A DNA stretch of 64,000 nt from an uncultured Alphaproteobacteria bacterium (GTDB lineage: Bacteria > Pseudomonadota > Alphaproteobacteria > HIMB59 > GCA-002718135), in contig CACOVJ010000003.1 of the NCBI GenBank assembly GCA_902630465.1, forward strand, positions 2,101-66,100. The letters run 5' to 3'. The translations under genes were made by a program, and so were the position numbers. Of the stretch, positions 29,217-39,323 are shown in pieces. Position 1 is the first letter of the stretch. Each line of letters begins with the position of its first letter. The notes below the pieces were generated by a model. It ran no database searches, was not told where the DNA came from, and saw only the letters and a list, made by a program, of their open reading frames with translations.

Positions 29217-29890
29217 GAGAGATAGTATTAGACACTGAAACAACAGGACTCAACTTCAAGTCTGGAGACAGAATAATTGAAGTCGGATGTGTTGAGTTGC
29301 GAAATCATGTAACCACAGGTAACACACTCCAGTTTTATTGTAAGCCAGATAAATCCATATCTGAAGGTGCAAAAAACATAGTAGGCTTGTCTGATGAGTT
29401 TCTCGCTAAACAAAAAACATTTAAGGAAAACCATAAATTGTTGCTCGATTTTATAAAAAATGACACATTAATAATTCATAATTCTGATTTTGATTTAGGG
29501 TTCATTAATAATGAGCTTTCATTAATTGGTATATCAGCCTTAACCAACCCAGTCATCGATACAGTCTCTCTTGCTAGAGAGGTGTTAAATACCCGAATAG
29601 CCAATCTTGATTATCTTTGTAGAAGGTTTGACATAGACCTTTCTGACAGATCTTTTCACGGCGCTCTTTTAGACTCTCAGCTTTTAGCATCTGTTTATTT
29701 AGAGCTTAAAGGGGGCAAGCAGTTTTCGATGGAACTCGACACAACAAAGAGTGAAGACGAAAAATCATTAATTAACAATACAAATAAAGAAAAAACTAAA
29801 GAAATTATACTAACTGAGGAAAACATTTCTAATCATAGAAAAATGTTAAAAAAGATAAAAAACCCGATTTGGAATAAATTTAACTATTAA
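29213..29890 (+). CDS. dnaQ: DNA polymerase III epsilon subunit (3'-5' exonuclease)
   Basis: Exo motifs VLDTETTG, IIHNSDFDLGF and HGALLDSQLLASVY. Confidence 0.9.
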   Translation: MREIVLDTETTGLNFKSGDRIIEVGCVELRNHVTTGNTLQFYCKPDKSISEGAKNIVGLSDEFLAKQKTFKENHKLLLDFIKNDTLIIHNSDFDLGFINNELSLIGISALTNPVIDTVSLAREVLNTRIANLDYLCRRFDIDLSDRSFHGALLDSQLLASVYLELKGGKQFSMELDTTKSEDEKSLINNTNKEKTKEIILTEENISNHRKMLKKIKNPIWNKFNY

Positions 29891-29919
29891 TATTTAAAAA
29901 AGTAATTATATAAATTTTT

Positions 29920-30501
29920 ATGCTTTACGGTGATTTGCAATTTTTCGACATAATTATATTTGCAGCTATTGCTGGATTTATTATTTATCGACTTAGGAGC
30001 GTTCTTGGAAAAAGGACTGGTTTTCAAAAAGAAAATAGCAATCAAAAACCAATACAAAAAGAGCAAAAAAAACAAGAAAATAAAATTCCGTCTCTACTTG
30101 ATAATGAGGTTAAATTAGAAGCAATATACAAACATGTTAGCGATTTTGATCATAAACAATTTTTAGACGGAGCAAAAAAAGCTTTTGAAATAATTATAAC
30201 AGCCTTTAACAATGGTGATAAAAAAACCTTAGTTAATCTTGTGTCAAAAGATGTGTACAAAGCGTTTGAAAAAGCTATCGATGAAAAATCAAATAATTCA
30301 TCATCCCAATTTTATTCTTTGATTATTGACAGTGTGGAAGATGCTAAAGTTGAAAACAACACAATCTCTATATCTATAAACTTTATAAGTGAACAGATGT
30401 TAAATAATGATGAGGGCAAAATTATTAAAAACAAAGATACATGGACTTTTGAGAAACCAATAAACTCACCAAGCCCAATATGGGTTTTAACTCGAACATA
30501 G
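29920..30501 (+). CDS. Tim44-like domain protein
   Basis: N-terminal TM helix plus RLRSVLGKRTG, and a C-terminal ~140-aa NTF2-like region, as in alphaproteobacterial Tim44 homologues. Confidence 0.7.
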   Translation: MLYGDLQFFDIIIFAAIAGFIIYRLRSVLGKRTGFQKENSNQKPIQKEQKKQENKIPSLLDNEVKLEAIYKHVSDFDHKQFLDGAKKAFEIIITAFNNGDKKTLVNLVSKDVYKAFEKAIDEKSNNSSSQFYSLIIDSVEDAKVENNTISISINFISEQMLNNDEGKIIKNKDTWTFEKPINSPSPIWVLTRT

Positions 30502-30505
30502 TTAT

Positions 30506-30931
30506 TTGTCGTTTGAAAATTTAAAATTAAGAATAAAAAAAAATGAGGGTTATTCTAGTAAGCCATACAAAGATCAACTAGGTTTTTTTACAATTGGGTA
30601 CGGACACCTAATTAAACCTAACGAAAGTAAATATTTTAAGCACAGTTTCAAAAAAAAATTCTTTGAAGATCTTTTTGAAGATGATTTTAACAAAGCTTTA
30701 AAAATATATAAAAAGCTATTTCATAAAAATATTTATAAAAAGCCCGAAACTGAACTTCTAATTGAAATGATATTTCAGTTAGGGCCTAAGGGTGTTTCAA
30801 AATTTAAAAAAATGCATTCTCATCTTGATAAAAAACATAAGTATATGGTTTGTTTGGAAATGATGGATAGCTTGTGGTACAAACAAACTAGAGAAAGGGT
30901 TAATAATTTAATTAAACATTTTCTTAGATAA
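30506..30931 (+). CDS. T4-type (GH24) lysozyme-like muramidase
   Basis: KKNEGYSSKPYKDQLGFFTIGYGH reproduces the T4L catalytic spacing Glu-x8-Asp-x5-Thr (E14, D23, T29 versus E11, D20, T26). TTG start. No signal peptide. Confidence 0.7.
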   Translation: MSFENLKLRIKKNEGYSSKPYKDQLGFFTIGYGHLIKPNESKYFKHSFKKKFFEDLFEDDFNKALKIYKKLFHKNIYKKPETELLIEMIFQLGPKGVSKFKKMHSHLDKKHKYMVCLEMMDSLWYKQTRERVNNLIKHFLR

Positions 30932-30934
30932 ATT

Positions 30935-31471
30935 ATGGAAGATGATTTGTTTTTAAAAAAAATGAAAGGGGTTAAGCCTTTTAAAAAAAATGACAAAAAA
31001 TTTTTGAATACAAATAAGGGTTTTAAGAAAAAGGTTATAAAAAAAAACGAAACTAAACCACAACAAAGAGATAACCCCCCTTTGGTTCACAGATATTCAA
31101 AATCACAATTCAATCTAACATTTAACGAAATTAATAAAGACCTAAAAAAGGGCAAAATTAAAATTGACAGAAGGTTAGATCTACATGGTTACAGTCTAAT
31201 AGATGCATATGATTTATTTAAAAAAGAAATAAAAAAAACATATGAAAAAAACAAAAGATGCATATTGGTAATTACAGGAAAAGGATCCCATCTAAACAAA
31301 ACTAAAGAAGATTTTAATCCGAAATTATTTTATGGTAAAATTAAAAAATCCATAATTTCTTGGGCGGAAGAAGATAGTTTGAAAAAATATATTTTGACTT
31401 ATCAAACAGCTGGAATCGCGCATGGCGGTGAAGGCGCAATTTTTATATATTTAAGAAAAAAAAAATTTTAA
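30935..31471 (+). CDS. Smr-domain protein
   Basis: C-terminal Smr motifs LDLHGYSLIDA and GGEGAIFIYL. Confidence 0.75.
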   Translation: MEDDLFLKKMKGVKPFKKNDKKFLNTNKGFKKKVIKKNETKPQQRDNPPLVHRYSKSQFNLTFNEINKDLKKGKIKIDRRLDLHGYSLIDAYDLFKKEIKKTYEKNKRCILVITGKGSHLNKTKEDFNPKLFYGKIKKSIISWAEEDSLKKYILTYQTAGIAHGGEGAIFIYLRKKKF

Positions 31472-32145
31472 ATTATTCTTAATTTAAATATTTTTTCTTT
31501 AAAATAAATTAAAATTTTTTCTGGGAAAAAATGTTCGCCACTTAGATATAAATCAATATTTTTAAGATCATTTCTGTTGTGGTCTGCCCAAATATTTTTA
31601 TAATCTTTAATTTTCAGTGATGTATAGTTTTTGCTATCTGCAATCTTTTTTTTCATCACATATATACGCCTACCATCTACCGTTTTAGCTTCTTCGTTAC
31701 CATTTAATATGTTTAATAAAGATGTTATTGGATCAAAATAGTACAAAAGATTTTTTAAATCAATTCGTGAAAACTCATCCTCTTTTGGAATTTGCAAAAT
31801 TTCAACTAAGTTTTTGTCAAATTTAATTTCAACAATTTTTACATCTTTTTTTGTTCTCCAATATTGTTTATATTCTTTTGTATTAAAGACACCAGATTTT
31901 ACATCACCAGAAGACGTATATTGTCCTGTAAAACTATAAAGAGGTGAGAAAAAACCTGAACTTTCTAAATTAATATTTGTTTCATATTTGCCGTCTTTAA
32001 TATTTAAAAACCAATTTAATTTGCCAATTTTAATCCCAGAAACATAAATATTATATTCAGCTTCAGAACTATTTGCTTTAACAGAACTACAAAAACTAAC
32101 TATAAATAGAATTATAAACTTAATTAAAACTAACTTCATAAACAT
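31468..32145 (-). CDS. secreted hypothetical protein (DUF3108-like by recollection)
   Basis: Signal peptide ending in VKA-N. Beta-rich sequence. Last gene of the PAP2/GT-C operon, overlapping the GT gene. Confidence 0.55.
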   Translation of the reverse strand: MFMKLVLIKFIILFIVSFCSSVKANSSEAEYNIYVSGIKIGKLNWFLNIKDGKYETNINLESSGFFSPLYSFTGQYTSSGDVKSGVFNTKEYKQYWRTKKDVKIVEIKFDKNLVEILQIPKEDEFSRIDLKNLLYYFDPITSLLNILNGNEEAKTVDGRRIYVMKKKIADSKNYTSLKIKDYKNIWADHNRNDLKNIDLYLSGEHFFPEKILIYFKEKIFKLRII

Positions 32146-33514
32146 TTAAATCTTTGTTTGTAAATACGTAGTCGGGTGTCTCAATCTTAATAATTGTGAA
32201 ATTATTATTTAAGTATTCTATTTCGTTTGGGCTACCAATTAAAATAAAGTCTTCTGCCATCTCTTTTTTTAAAGAAGATGTAATCATAAAGTGGTTTGTA
32301 ACTACAGAACTATTATTATAAGGCATATAAAAGCTTAAATTTTTATCTCTTAACTCATAACTCATACTAGAAAACAACAACCTGTCTGAAATAACAAAAT
32401 TCTTATTTTCATCATTTGCTCTAATAGAATAAATTTTTTGGGCAAATGTGTTTAACCCATTAACTCTGTCAAATATTTTGGCAGGATAGCTTGACCAAAT
32501 TAATAAATATAAAAAAATACAAAATACAAAATTAAACAATATGTTCATTTTTTTTAAAATATTATTAATTGAAACAATATATAAAAAAACAAAAAATGAA
32601 ATTAGCCCAGGCGCAGCCCAATTAGCATTTGCCCTGACAAGTATAGCTTCAAAAAAGACAATTAGAAATATAGGTAAAGAAAAAAACAAGAGTAGTTTTT
32701 TTTCATTATCTATAATATTAATTTTTTTATAGTTAATTATTGTTCCTAAAAATATAAAAGGCCCCAACATCAGTATTTGAACTAATATAAATTCCAACCC
32801 CCTATACAAACTAAATTTAGCATTTTCTAAATTAACATTATCTGAAGTGTGTTGTAGAGTTATCCAGCCATTATTTAGGTTCCAGATTATATTTGGAAGC
32901 ATTATTAACAATGTGCATAGGAAGCTTATAAAAAATAAATAAAAGTTTTTAAGAAAAAATATTCTAAACTTTTTATCTGCAAAAATAAACATTAACATGC
33001 AAATTACAAAATAAATGGCTGCATATTTTGCTAGAAATGCTAATCCTAAAAAAATCCCTAATGATATAAAATTTATAGTATTTGGATTTTTTTTTATTTT
33101 TACTAATTCATTTAAAGAAAGTGTCCAAAAAAGTAAAAGAACAACATCAGTGCTTATAATATAGGATGAAAATGAAACCGAAGGTATAAACAAGAATAAA
33201 AGAGAACAAGAAAGTGAGTTTTTTTTATCTAATCCTATATTTTTACACAAATTATAAATTGCACAAGCGGTAAGAAAATAAATAAGCATTGGTAGTATTT
33301 TTAGGGACAAAAAGGTCTCGCCAAGAAATTCTGAGTAAATTTTTATTATCCAAGCTAATAAAGGAGGTTTTGAAAAATAACCAAAAGCCAAATCTTTTGA
33401 CCACAGCCAATATTGCGCTTCATCTCCAAATAAATTAAATCCCGTAAAATATACTGCTGAGATTTTGATTAAAAACAATAATATTACTAATGAAATTAAT
33501 ATTCTATTTGTCAT
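32120..33514 (-). CDS. ArnT/PMT-like GT-C glycosyltransferase (polyprenyl-phosphate-sugar dependent)
   Basis: About 11-13 TM segments. First-loop motif GDEAQYWLWSKDLAFGYFSKPPLLAW is typical of GT39/GT83. C-terminal soluble domain. Confidence 0.8.
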   Translation of the reverse strand: MTNRILISLVILLFLIKISAVYFTGFNLFGDEAQYWLWSKDLAFGYFSKPPLLAWIIKIYSEFLGETFLSLKILPMLIYFLTACAIYNLCKNIGLDKKNSLSCSLLFLFIPSVSFSSYIISTDVVLLLFWTLSLNELVKIKKNPNTINFISLGIFLGLAFLAKYAAIYFVICMLMFIFADKKFRIFFLKNFYLFFISFLCTLLIMLPNIIWNLNNGWITLQHTSDNVNLENAKFSLYRGLEFILVQILMLGPFIFLGTIINYKKINIIDNEKKLLLFFSLPIFLIVFFEAILVRANANWAAPGLISFFVFLYIVSINNILKKMNILFNFVFCIFLYLLIWSSYPAKIFDRVNGLNTFAQKIYSIRANDENKNFVISDRLLFSSMSYELRDKNLSFYMPYNNSSVVTNHFMITSSLKKEMAEDFILIGSPNEIEYLNNNFTIIKIETPDYVFTNKDLNVYEVSFN

Positions 33515-34838
33515 GATATTTTTTGAACAAGCTAAATATTACAAGATTTAAAAATATCACAAACATTCCTGCAAACAAAATATCACTCAGAAAATGACCT
33601 CCTGCAATAATCCGCACAAAACCCAAAAGTAAGCCCGAAAAAATACTCAAATATAAGAATATTATATTTTTTGTAATGAAATATAAAATTACAATTGAAA
33701 AACCAACCGACGCATCACCAGAAACAAAAGAACAGTTTGTATTGCATGCACTACTGAAACTATACCAAGGAGTAAAGGGGTTTACACCTCCAAAGTCCAA
33801 AATTTCACCTGGTCTAGCTCTTCCCCAAAAATTTTTAAGAATCAAATTTATAAACAACAACACAACAAATATCTGTGAAAACCAAATAAGTAATATTTCT
33901 TTTATTTTAAATTTATAATTAAAGAAAATAATATTTATTCGAAAAAAATTTGCAATTATTGGCAGTATAAGAACATAAATTAGTATTAAAGGTAAGAAAC
34001 CCTCTCGAACAACTTTTGATAATAAATCATAACTTTGTAAAGCGAACTGGGAATTTCCATAATAGAAAAATCCTGAAATATAAACATCGAGATCAGAACC
34101 AACTGTTAAAAACAAAGCAATAAAAATAAAAATTATTATAATATAGTTTAGCTCAGAATTTTTTTTAAACACATATTCAGGTAAACATAAATTACTATAC
34201 TTTTTAGCTAATAAATGATTCAAAATCTTAAATACCATTAAAGCTAATATTGCACCCGCCAGAATATCTGTAAAAAAATGCGCCCCTACTACAACCCTGC
34301 TTAATGCAACAACTGACGCTAAAAATAAAAATAGGTATTTAAGTTTTGGTAAAAATACACAAAGTATTAGGCTGATCATAAAAATAGTAGATGAGTGACC
34401 TGATGGAAATGAATGAAAGCTTGAATCAAATGTTAAAAAATTTAAAATTATATCATTATCAAAATCTGTGTGGTTTGGTCTTGGTCTTCCAATTAGGTGT
34501 TTAAGCAACTGTGTAATAAATCCAATTGCTATCAAGTAAATAAATACTGAAGTAAAAAAATTAATTAAGACATCTATGTTTTTAACCCTAATTATTTTAA
34601 TCTTTTTGTTAAAATACAAAAATAAGGTAAAAATAATTGTCATACCAAAGTACCAAGACGAATTACCAAGTTGAGTTATCTTAACAAAAAATTCTATTAA
34701 ACGAATGTTAGCTCTAGAATTTTTGATATTCTCAACATAATCATAAATTAAAAAATCTATACCAATCGAAAAAAAAAGACTCAGTGTCAAAATTAATAAA
34801 AAAAATATATCAAATTTTATTTTGTCTAGAACTCTCAT
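33504..34838 (-). CDS. membrane protein with two tandem PAP2 (acid phosphatase) domains
   Basis: Domain 1 has the full signature KHLIGRPRP / FPSGHSS / SRVVVGAHFFTD. Domain 2 has KNFWGRARP / VSGDAS (His replaced by Asp) / VRIIAGGHFLSD. Confidence 0.8.
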   Translation of the reverse strand: MRVLDKIKFDIFFLLILTLSLFFSIGIDFLIYDYVENIKNSRANIRLIEFFVKITQLGNSSWYFGMTIIFTLFLYFNKKIKIIRVKNIDVLINFFTSVFIYLIAIGFITQLLKHLIGRPRPNHTDFDNDIILNFLTFDSSFHSFPSGHSSTIFMISLILCVFLPKLKYLFLFLASVVALSRVVVGAHFFTDILAGAILALMVFKILNHLLAKKYSNLCLPEYVFKKNSELNYIIIIFIFIALFLTVGSDLDVYISGFFYYGNSQFALQSYDLLSKVVREGFLPLILIYVLILPIIANFFRINIIFFNYKFKIKEILLIWFSQIFVVLLFINLILKNFWGRARPGEILDFGGVNPFTPWYSFSSACNTNCSFVSGDASVGFSIVILYFITKNIIFLYLSIFSGLLLGFVRIIAGGHFLSDILFAGMFVIFLNLVIFSLFKKYHDK

Positions 34839-34867
34839 TTAATACTTCTATCAATGCTAAATGGAGT

Positions 34868-36181
34868 TTATAGTATAAATTTTGATAAATCCTGACTTTT
34901 AATTAATTCACCAAGGCTATCTTCAACATATTTCTCATCTATTGTGATTTTTGTAGGTCCAATATCTGATGCTGTAAAACTAACTTCTTCTAGTAATTTC
35001 TCCATCACAGTGTGCAATCTTCGTGCCCCAATATTTTCAACATTCTGATTAATTTCTGAAGATAATGTGGCAATAGAATCAATCCCACTATCTTCAAACT
35101 CCAAATCAACCTTTTCGGTTCCAAGTAAACCTTTATATTGTTTTATTAAACTATTTTGAGTCTCAGTAAGTATAAGCCTAAAATCTTCCTTGCTCAAGCT
35201 ATCTAGCTCAACTCTTATTGGTAGCCTACCTTGTAGTTCAGGAAGCATATCTGATGGTTTAGATAAATGAAATGCACCAGAAGCAATAAACAATATATAG
35301 TCAGTCTTTACAACACCGTGTTTGGTAGTAACAGCAGTACCTTCTATTAATGGTAAAAGATCTCTCTGAACACCCTCTCTTGAAACATCTGCGCCACTTC
35401 TATCGGTTCGTGAAGTTATTTTATCAATCTCATCTATAAAAACAATTCCGTTTTGTTCAACATCATACAGCGCCCTTGTGTTTATTTTATCTTGATCTAA
35501 CAATTTATCAGTTTCTTCATTTAATAAGTAAGCATGCGAGTCTTTCACAGACATTTTTTTCATTTTCTTTTGACCACCAAATCCTTTTCCAAACACATCA
35601 CCTAAATTAATCATACCCATTTGGGATCCAGGCATTCCTGGTATATCCATTGTTGGTAAATTAAAATTTGCATTAGAAGAAACTGGTATTTCGACTTCAT
35701 TTTCATTAAGCTCACCTGAGCGAAGCTTGCTTCTAAAACTATCTCTAGTTGCGGGTGTTGAGCTCTTAGATACAAGAACATCTAAAATTCTTTCCTCAGC
35801 ATTTTTTTCAGCCTTGGCTTTAACTTCTTTACCCATTTGTATTTTTGTTTTTGTTATACTTATTTCGACAAGATCTCGTATTATCTGTTCCACATCTCTT
35901 CCAACATAACCCACTTCTGTAAACTTAGTTGCCTCTACTTTTATGAAAGGTGCGTTTGCTAACTTAGCAAGTCTTCTTGATATCTCTGTCTTACCACAAC
36001 CTGTTGGACCAACCATTAAAATGTTTTTAGGTACAATCTCCTCTTTAAGAGAGTCGTCAAGCTGTTTCCTTCTCCACCTATTTCTTAACGCAACTGCAAC
36101 TGCTCTTTTAGCTTTATTTTGACCTATGATAAATTTGTCAAGTTCTGAAACTATTTCTCTTGGACTAAAACTTGATTCCAT
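34868..36181 (-). CDS. hslU: ATP-dependent protease ATPase subunit HslU
   Basis: [21 protein letters not shown] and [15 protein letters not shown]. Confidence 0.97.
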   Translation of the reverse strand: MESSFSPREIVSELDKFIIGQNKAKRAVAVALRNRWRRKQLDDSLKEEIVPKNILMVGPTGCGKTEISRRLAKLANAPFIKVEATKFTEVGYVGRDVEQIIRDLVEISITKTKIQMGKEVKAKAEKNAEERILDVLVSKSSTPATRDSFRSKLRSGELNENEVEIPVSSNANFNLPTMDIPGMPGSQMGMINLGDVFGKGFGGQKKMKKMSVKDSHAYLLNEETDKLLDQDKINTRALYDVEQNGIVFIDEIDKITSRTDRSGADVSREGVQRDLLPLIEGTAVTTKHGVVKTDYILFIASGAFHLSKPSDMLPELQGRLPIRVELDSLSKEDFRLILTETQNSLIKQYKGLLGTEKVDLEFEDSGIDSIATLSSEINQNVENIGARRLHTVMEKLLEEVSFTASDIGPTKITIDEKYVEDSLGELIKSQDLSKFIL

Positions 36182-36182
36182 T

Positions 36183-36731
36183 TTACAACTCTATTGTTTC
36201 TGAAATTATATTGTGATTTGTATATATGCATATGTCTGCAGCAATTTTTAGTGATTCCAAGGCTATTTCTTTTGCATTCATTTTTGTGTTTTTGATAAGT
36301 GCTTTTGCTGCACTATTTGCATAAGGGCCACCAGAACCAATTGCAAGAATACCGTCATCTGACTCAATAACATCTCCTGTTCCAGACAATAATAAACTTA
36401 CATCCTTATCAGCTACAATCATCATTGCTTCTAGTCTTCTAAGATATCTGTCAGTTCTCCAGTCCTTAGCAAGCTCAACACATGCTCTTTTTAATTGATT
36501 TTTGTATTGCTCTAGCTTTCCTTCTAATCTTTCAAAAAGTGCGAAAGCATCTGCTGTTGAACCAGCAAAACCAGATATGACTGACTCATCCATACCAAGC
36601 CGCCTAATTTTTTTAACATTTGATTTCATCACAGTGTTTCCAAAACTAGCTTGTCCGTCACCAGCAATTACTACTAAATTATCTTTTCTGATACCAATTA
36701 TAGTGGTCGATTTTATTTTATTTTTTTCCAT
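36183..36731 (-). CDS. hslV: ATP-dependent protease subunit HslV
   Basis: N-terminal TTIIGIRKD and GSGGPYA. Confidence 0.97.
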   Translation of the reverse strand: MEKNKIKSTTIIGIRKDNLVVIAGDGQASFGNTVMKSNVKKIRRLGMDESVISGFAGSTADAFALFERLEGKLEQYKNQLKRACVELAKDWRTDRYLRRLEAMMIVADKDVSLLLSGTGDVIESDDGILAIGSGGPYANSAAKALIKNTKMNAKEIALESLKIAADICIYTNHNIISETIEL

Positions 36732-36747
36732 ATTCTTTGCCTTTTAA

Positions 36748-36777
36748 TAAAATGGCTATTTAATTATTTTAATCAAG
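36748..36777 (-). promoter_or_regulatory. putative sigma-32-type promoter of hslVU (CTTGAT-N15-GCCATTTTA on the minus strand)
   Basis: Read on the reverse complement. It shares CTTG(A/T)(T/A)-N15-(G/C)CCAT(T/A)TT with the dnaK upstream element. The leader would be very short. Confidence 0.35.
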
Positions 36778-36821
36778 TGATTTACCTAGAATTTATTCAA
36801 TTTCGCTGATATTAGGCAAAA

Positions 36822-37409
36822 ATGAGAAAAGCTCAAATCCAAAGAAATACCAAAGAAACAAAAATTACCTGTTCAATTAATTTAGATGGTTCTGGCGTCT
36901 CTAATGTTTCAACGGGCATAGGTTTTTTTGATCACATGTTGGAATTGTTTATACACCATAGTTTAATTGATATGGATATTAAAACAGATGGAGATATAAA
37001 TGTAGACCTACACCATAGTGTTGAAGATACAGCCTATGCGATTGCTCAAGCAACAACAAAAGCCCTAGGAGAAAAAAAAGGTATAAAAAGATATGGTTTT
37101 TTTTATATACCTATGGACGAAGCACTCTCGCGGTGTGTTATTGATTTTAGTGGCAGACCAGAATTTATTTGGAAAGTTAAGCTAGGTTTAGAAAAAATTG
37201 GTGAAATGGATACAGAATTATTCACTGAATTTTTTAAAGCATTTGCTAATGAGTCCAAGTGTAATTTGCACATTGAAAATTTTTATGGAAAAAATAATCA
37301 TCACATAATAGAATCATGCTTTAAAGCATTTGCTATAAGCTACAGAAATGCCGTTGAGGCTGATCCAAGAAGAGCAAATAATATCCCCTCTTCTAAAGGC
37401 ATATTATAA
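36822..37409 (+). CDS. hisB: imidazoleglycerol-phosphate dehydratase
   Basis: RNTKETKI, FFDHML and HH..E motifs. Monofunctional, 195 aa. Confidence 0.95.
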   Translation: MRKAQIQRNTKETKITCSINLDGSGVSNVSTGIGFFDHMLELFIHHSLIDMDIKTDGDINVDLHHSVEDTAYAIAQATTKALGEKKGIKRYGFFYIPMDEALSRCVIDFSGRPEFIWKVKLGLEKIGEMDTELFTEFFKAFANESKCNLHIENFYGKNNHHIIESCFKAFAISYRNAVEADPRRANNIPSSKGIL

Positions 37410-37415
37410 ATTTAA

Positions 37416-38036
37416 ATGAAACAAATCACCATAATTGATTATGGGTCTGGAAACGTTCTGTCTGCTCAAAAATCTTTTATTAAAGTTGCTAAAGAAAACA
37501 ATATTGAAACAAAAGTTATTATTTCTAATAATTTATTTGAAATAAAAAAATCAACACACCTGGTTTTACCTGGACAAGGATCTTTTTCAACTTGTATGAA
37601 TGGTTTAAAAAAGAAACCAGGTTTGATTGATGAATTATATAATTTTGCAATTGTTAGAAAAAAACCTTTTCTAGGAATATGTGTTGGTATGCAAATGCTT
37701 GCATCTGATAGCAAAGAAAATGGATATCATAAAGGCTTAGGTTGGATTGAAGGAACAATTAAACCTCTTCCTAATAAAAACTTGAAGATGCCGCATATGG
37801 GCTGGAATATTGTTAAGCCATTAAAAGAAAGTAATTTAATTTCGACTTCTATGGATTATTACTTTGTTCATTCATACTATTTTGATTGTATAAATAAAGA
37901 AAATAAACTGGCGGAAACTCAGTACGGAATAAGTTTTGCTTCAATTGTTGCAAAAGAAAATATATATGGCGTTCAGTTTCATCCTGAAAAAAGTTCCTCC
38001 CAAGGATTAAACTTAATTAAAAATTTTGTGAGTTAA
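37416..38036 (+). CDS. hisH: imidazole glycerol phosphate synthase, glutaminase subunit
   Basis: GICVGMQ and VQFHPEKS. Confidence 0.95.
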   Translation: MKQITIIDYGSGNVLSAQKSFIKVAKENNIETKVIISNNLFEIKKSTHLVLPGQGSFSTCMNGLKKKPGLIDELYNFAIVRKKPFLGICVGMQMLASDSKENGYHKGLGWIEGTIKPLPNKNLKMPHMGWNIVKPLKESNLISTSMDYYFVHSYYFDCINKENKLAETQYGISFASIVAKENIYGVQFHPEKSSSQGLNLIKNFVS

Positions 38037-38037
38037 A

Positions 38038-38574
38038 ATGTCTATACAATTAAAAGAAAAAATAAACATCTCAGTAGGTACAATAGTCAGTTTATCTAAA
38101 GTAGATCTTGCAGATCTATGTAACATTACAGAACAAGCAATCAGTGCAGGAGGAGGTTTTGGCTGGTTAAGAGTTCCAACAAGAGAGATTCTTAATGAAT
38201 ATTGGAACAATATAACTGACGACAAACTAAACAATTTAGTTGTAGGAAGACTCAACGGTGTTATTGCAGGAACGTTACAGTTATCTTACGAAGCTCCAAA
38301 TATTGAGTCTAGAAAAAGTATTGCTCAAATTAAAAGACATTTTGTTGCTCCATGGGCAAGAGGTTATGGACTAGCCAAATCTATGATAGACTTTTCCGAA
38401 AAAAAAGCAAAAGAAGAAAATATCAAATCAATTCAACTGTCCGTTAGAGAAACTCAAGATGCTGCAATTCAATTATTTTCTGGTAAAGATTACAAAATAT
38501 GGGGAGAAAACCCATATTATGCTTTTATTAACGGCAGTTTTGTTAAAGGAATATATTTTTTTAAAAACTTATAG
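38038..38574 (+). CDS. GNAT-family N-acetyltransferase
   Basis: Acetyl-CoA motif HFVAPWARGYGLAKSMIDFSEKKAKE. Inserted between hisH and hisA with 1-nt and 0-nt spacers. Confidence 0.7.
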   Translation: MSIQLKEKINISVGTIVSLSKVDLADLCNITEQAISAGGGFGWLRVPTREILNEYWNNITDDKLNNLVVGRLNGVIAGTLQLSYEAPNIESRKSIAQIKRHFVAPWARGYGLAKSMIDFSEKKAKEENIKSIQLSVRETQDAAIQLFSGKDYKIWGENPYYAFINGSFVKGIYFFKNL

Positions 38575-39323
38575 TGCAAATAATACCAGCCATCGACCTT
38601 AAAGATAACAAATGTGTTAGGCTTAATAAAGGTAAGGACGAAACAAGTGTTGTTTTTAATAACGATCCTGAAAAACAAGCAATTTATTTCCAAAAAATTG
38701 GCTGCAAAAAAATACATATTGTTGATTTAGATGCTGCATTTGGAAGATCAGAAATAAACCTACCTTCAATAAAAAAAATTAGAGAAGCTGTTAGCATTCC
38801 AATTCAATTAGGTGGAGGAATAAGAAGTAAACTTGATGCAGAAAAATATTTTGAATTAGGAATCGATTATTTAATTATTGGATCAATGTCAGTAAAAAAA
38901 CCAGAAATTATTAAAGCATTATCAAATTTTTACAAAAATAGAATCTATGTTTCACTTGATATAAAGGGGAATAATATAATGATTAGTGGATGGAAAGAAA
39001 AATCTAAGTTAAAGATAATTGACATATTAAGTTTATACAACGAGACTGACATAAATGGCTATGTAATAACAGACATACTTAATGATGGAATGTTAAATGG
39101 TTTAAATGTAGATTTTATAAAAAATAATGCAGAAAAAATTAAATCAATTAATAAACTAAATAAAAAAATTATTGTCGCTGGCGGACTAACTAACTATGAA
39201 GATCTAAAATTATTGAAAAACCTAAAATTAAAAAACATTGAAGGAATTATATCTGGAAAATCTTTTTACGTAGGAAATATTGATTTAATGAAGGCTCAAA
39301 AAATATTAAACGATAATGGTTAA
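38574..39323 (+). CDS. hisA: ProFAR isomerase
   Basis: [15 protein letters not shown] and GGGIRS. GTG start. Confidence 0.9.
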   Translation: MQIIPAIDLKDNKCVRLNKGKDETSVVFNNDPEKQAIYFQKIGCKKIHIVDLDAAFGRSEINLPSIKKIREAVSIPIQLGGGIRSKLDAEKYFELGIDYLIIGSMSVKKPEIIKALSNFYKNRIYVSLDIKGNNIMISGWKEKSKLKIIDILSLYNETDINGYVITDILNDGMLNGLNVDFIKNNAEKIKSINKLNKKIIVAGGLTNYEDLKLLKNLKLKNIEGIISGKSFYVGNIDLMKAQKILNDNG

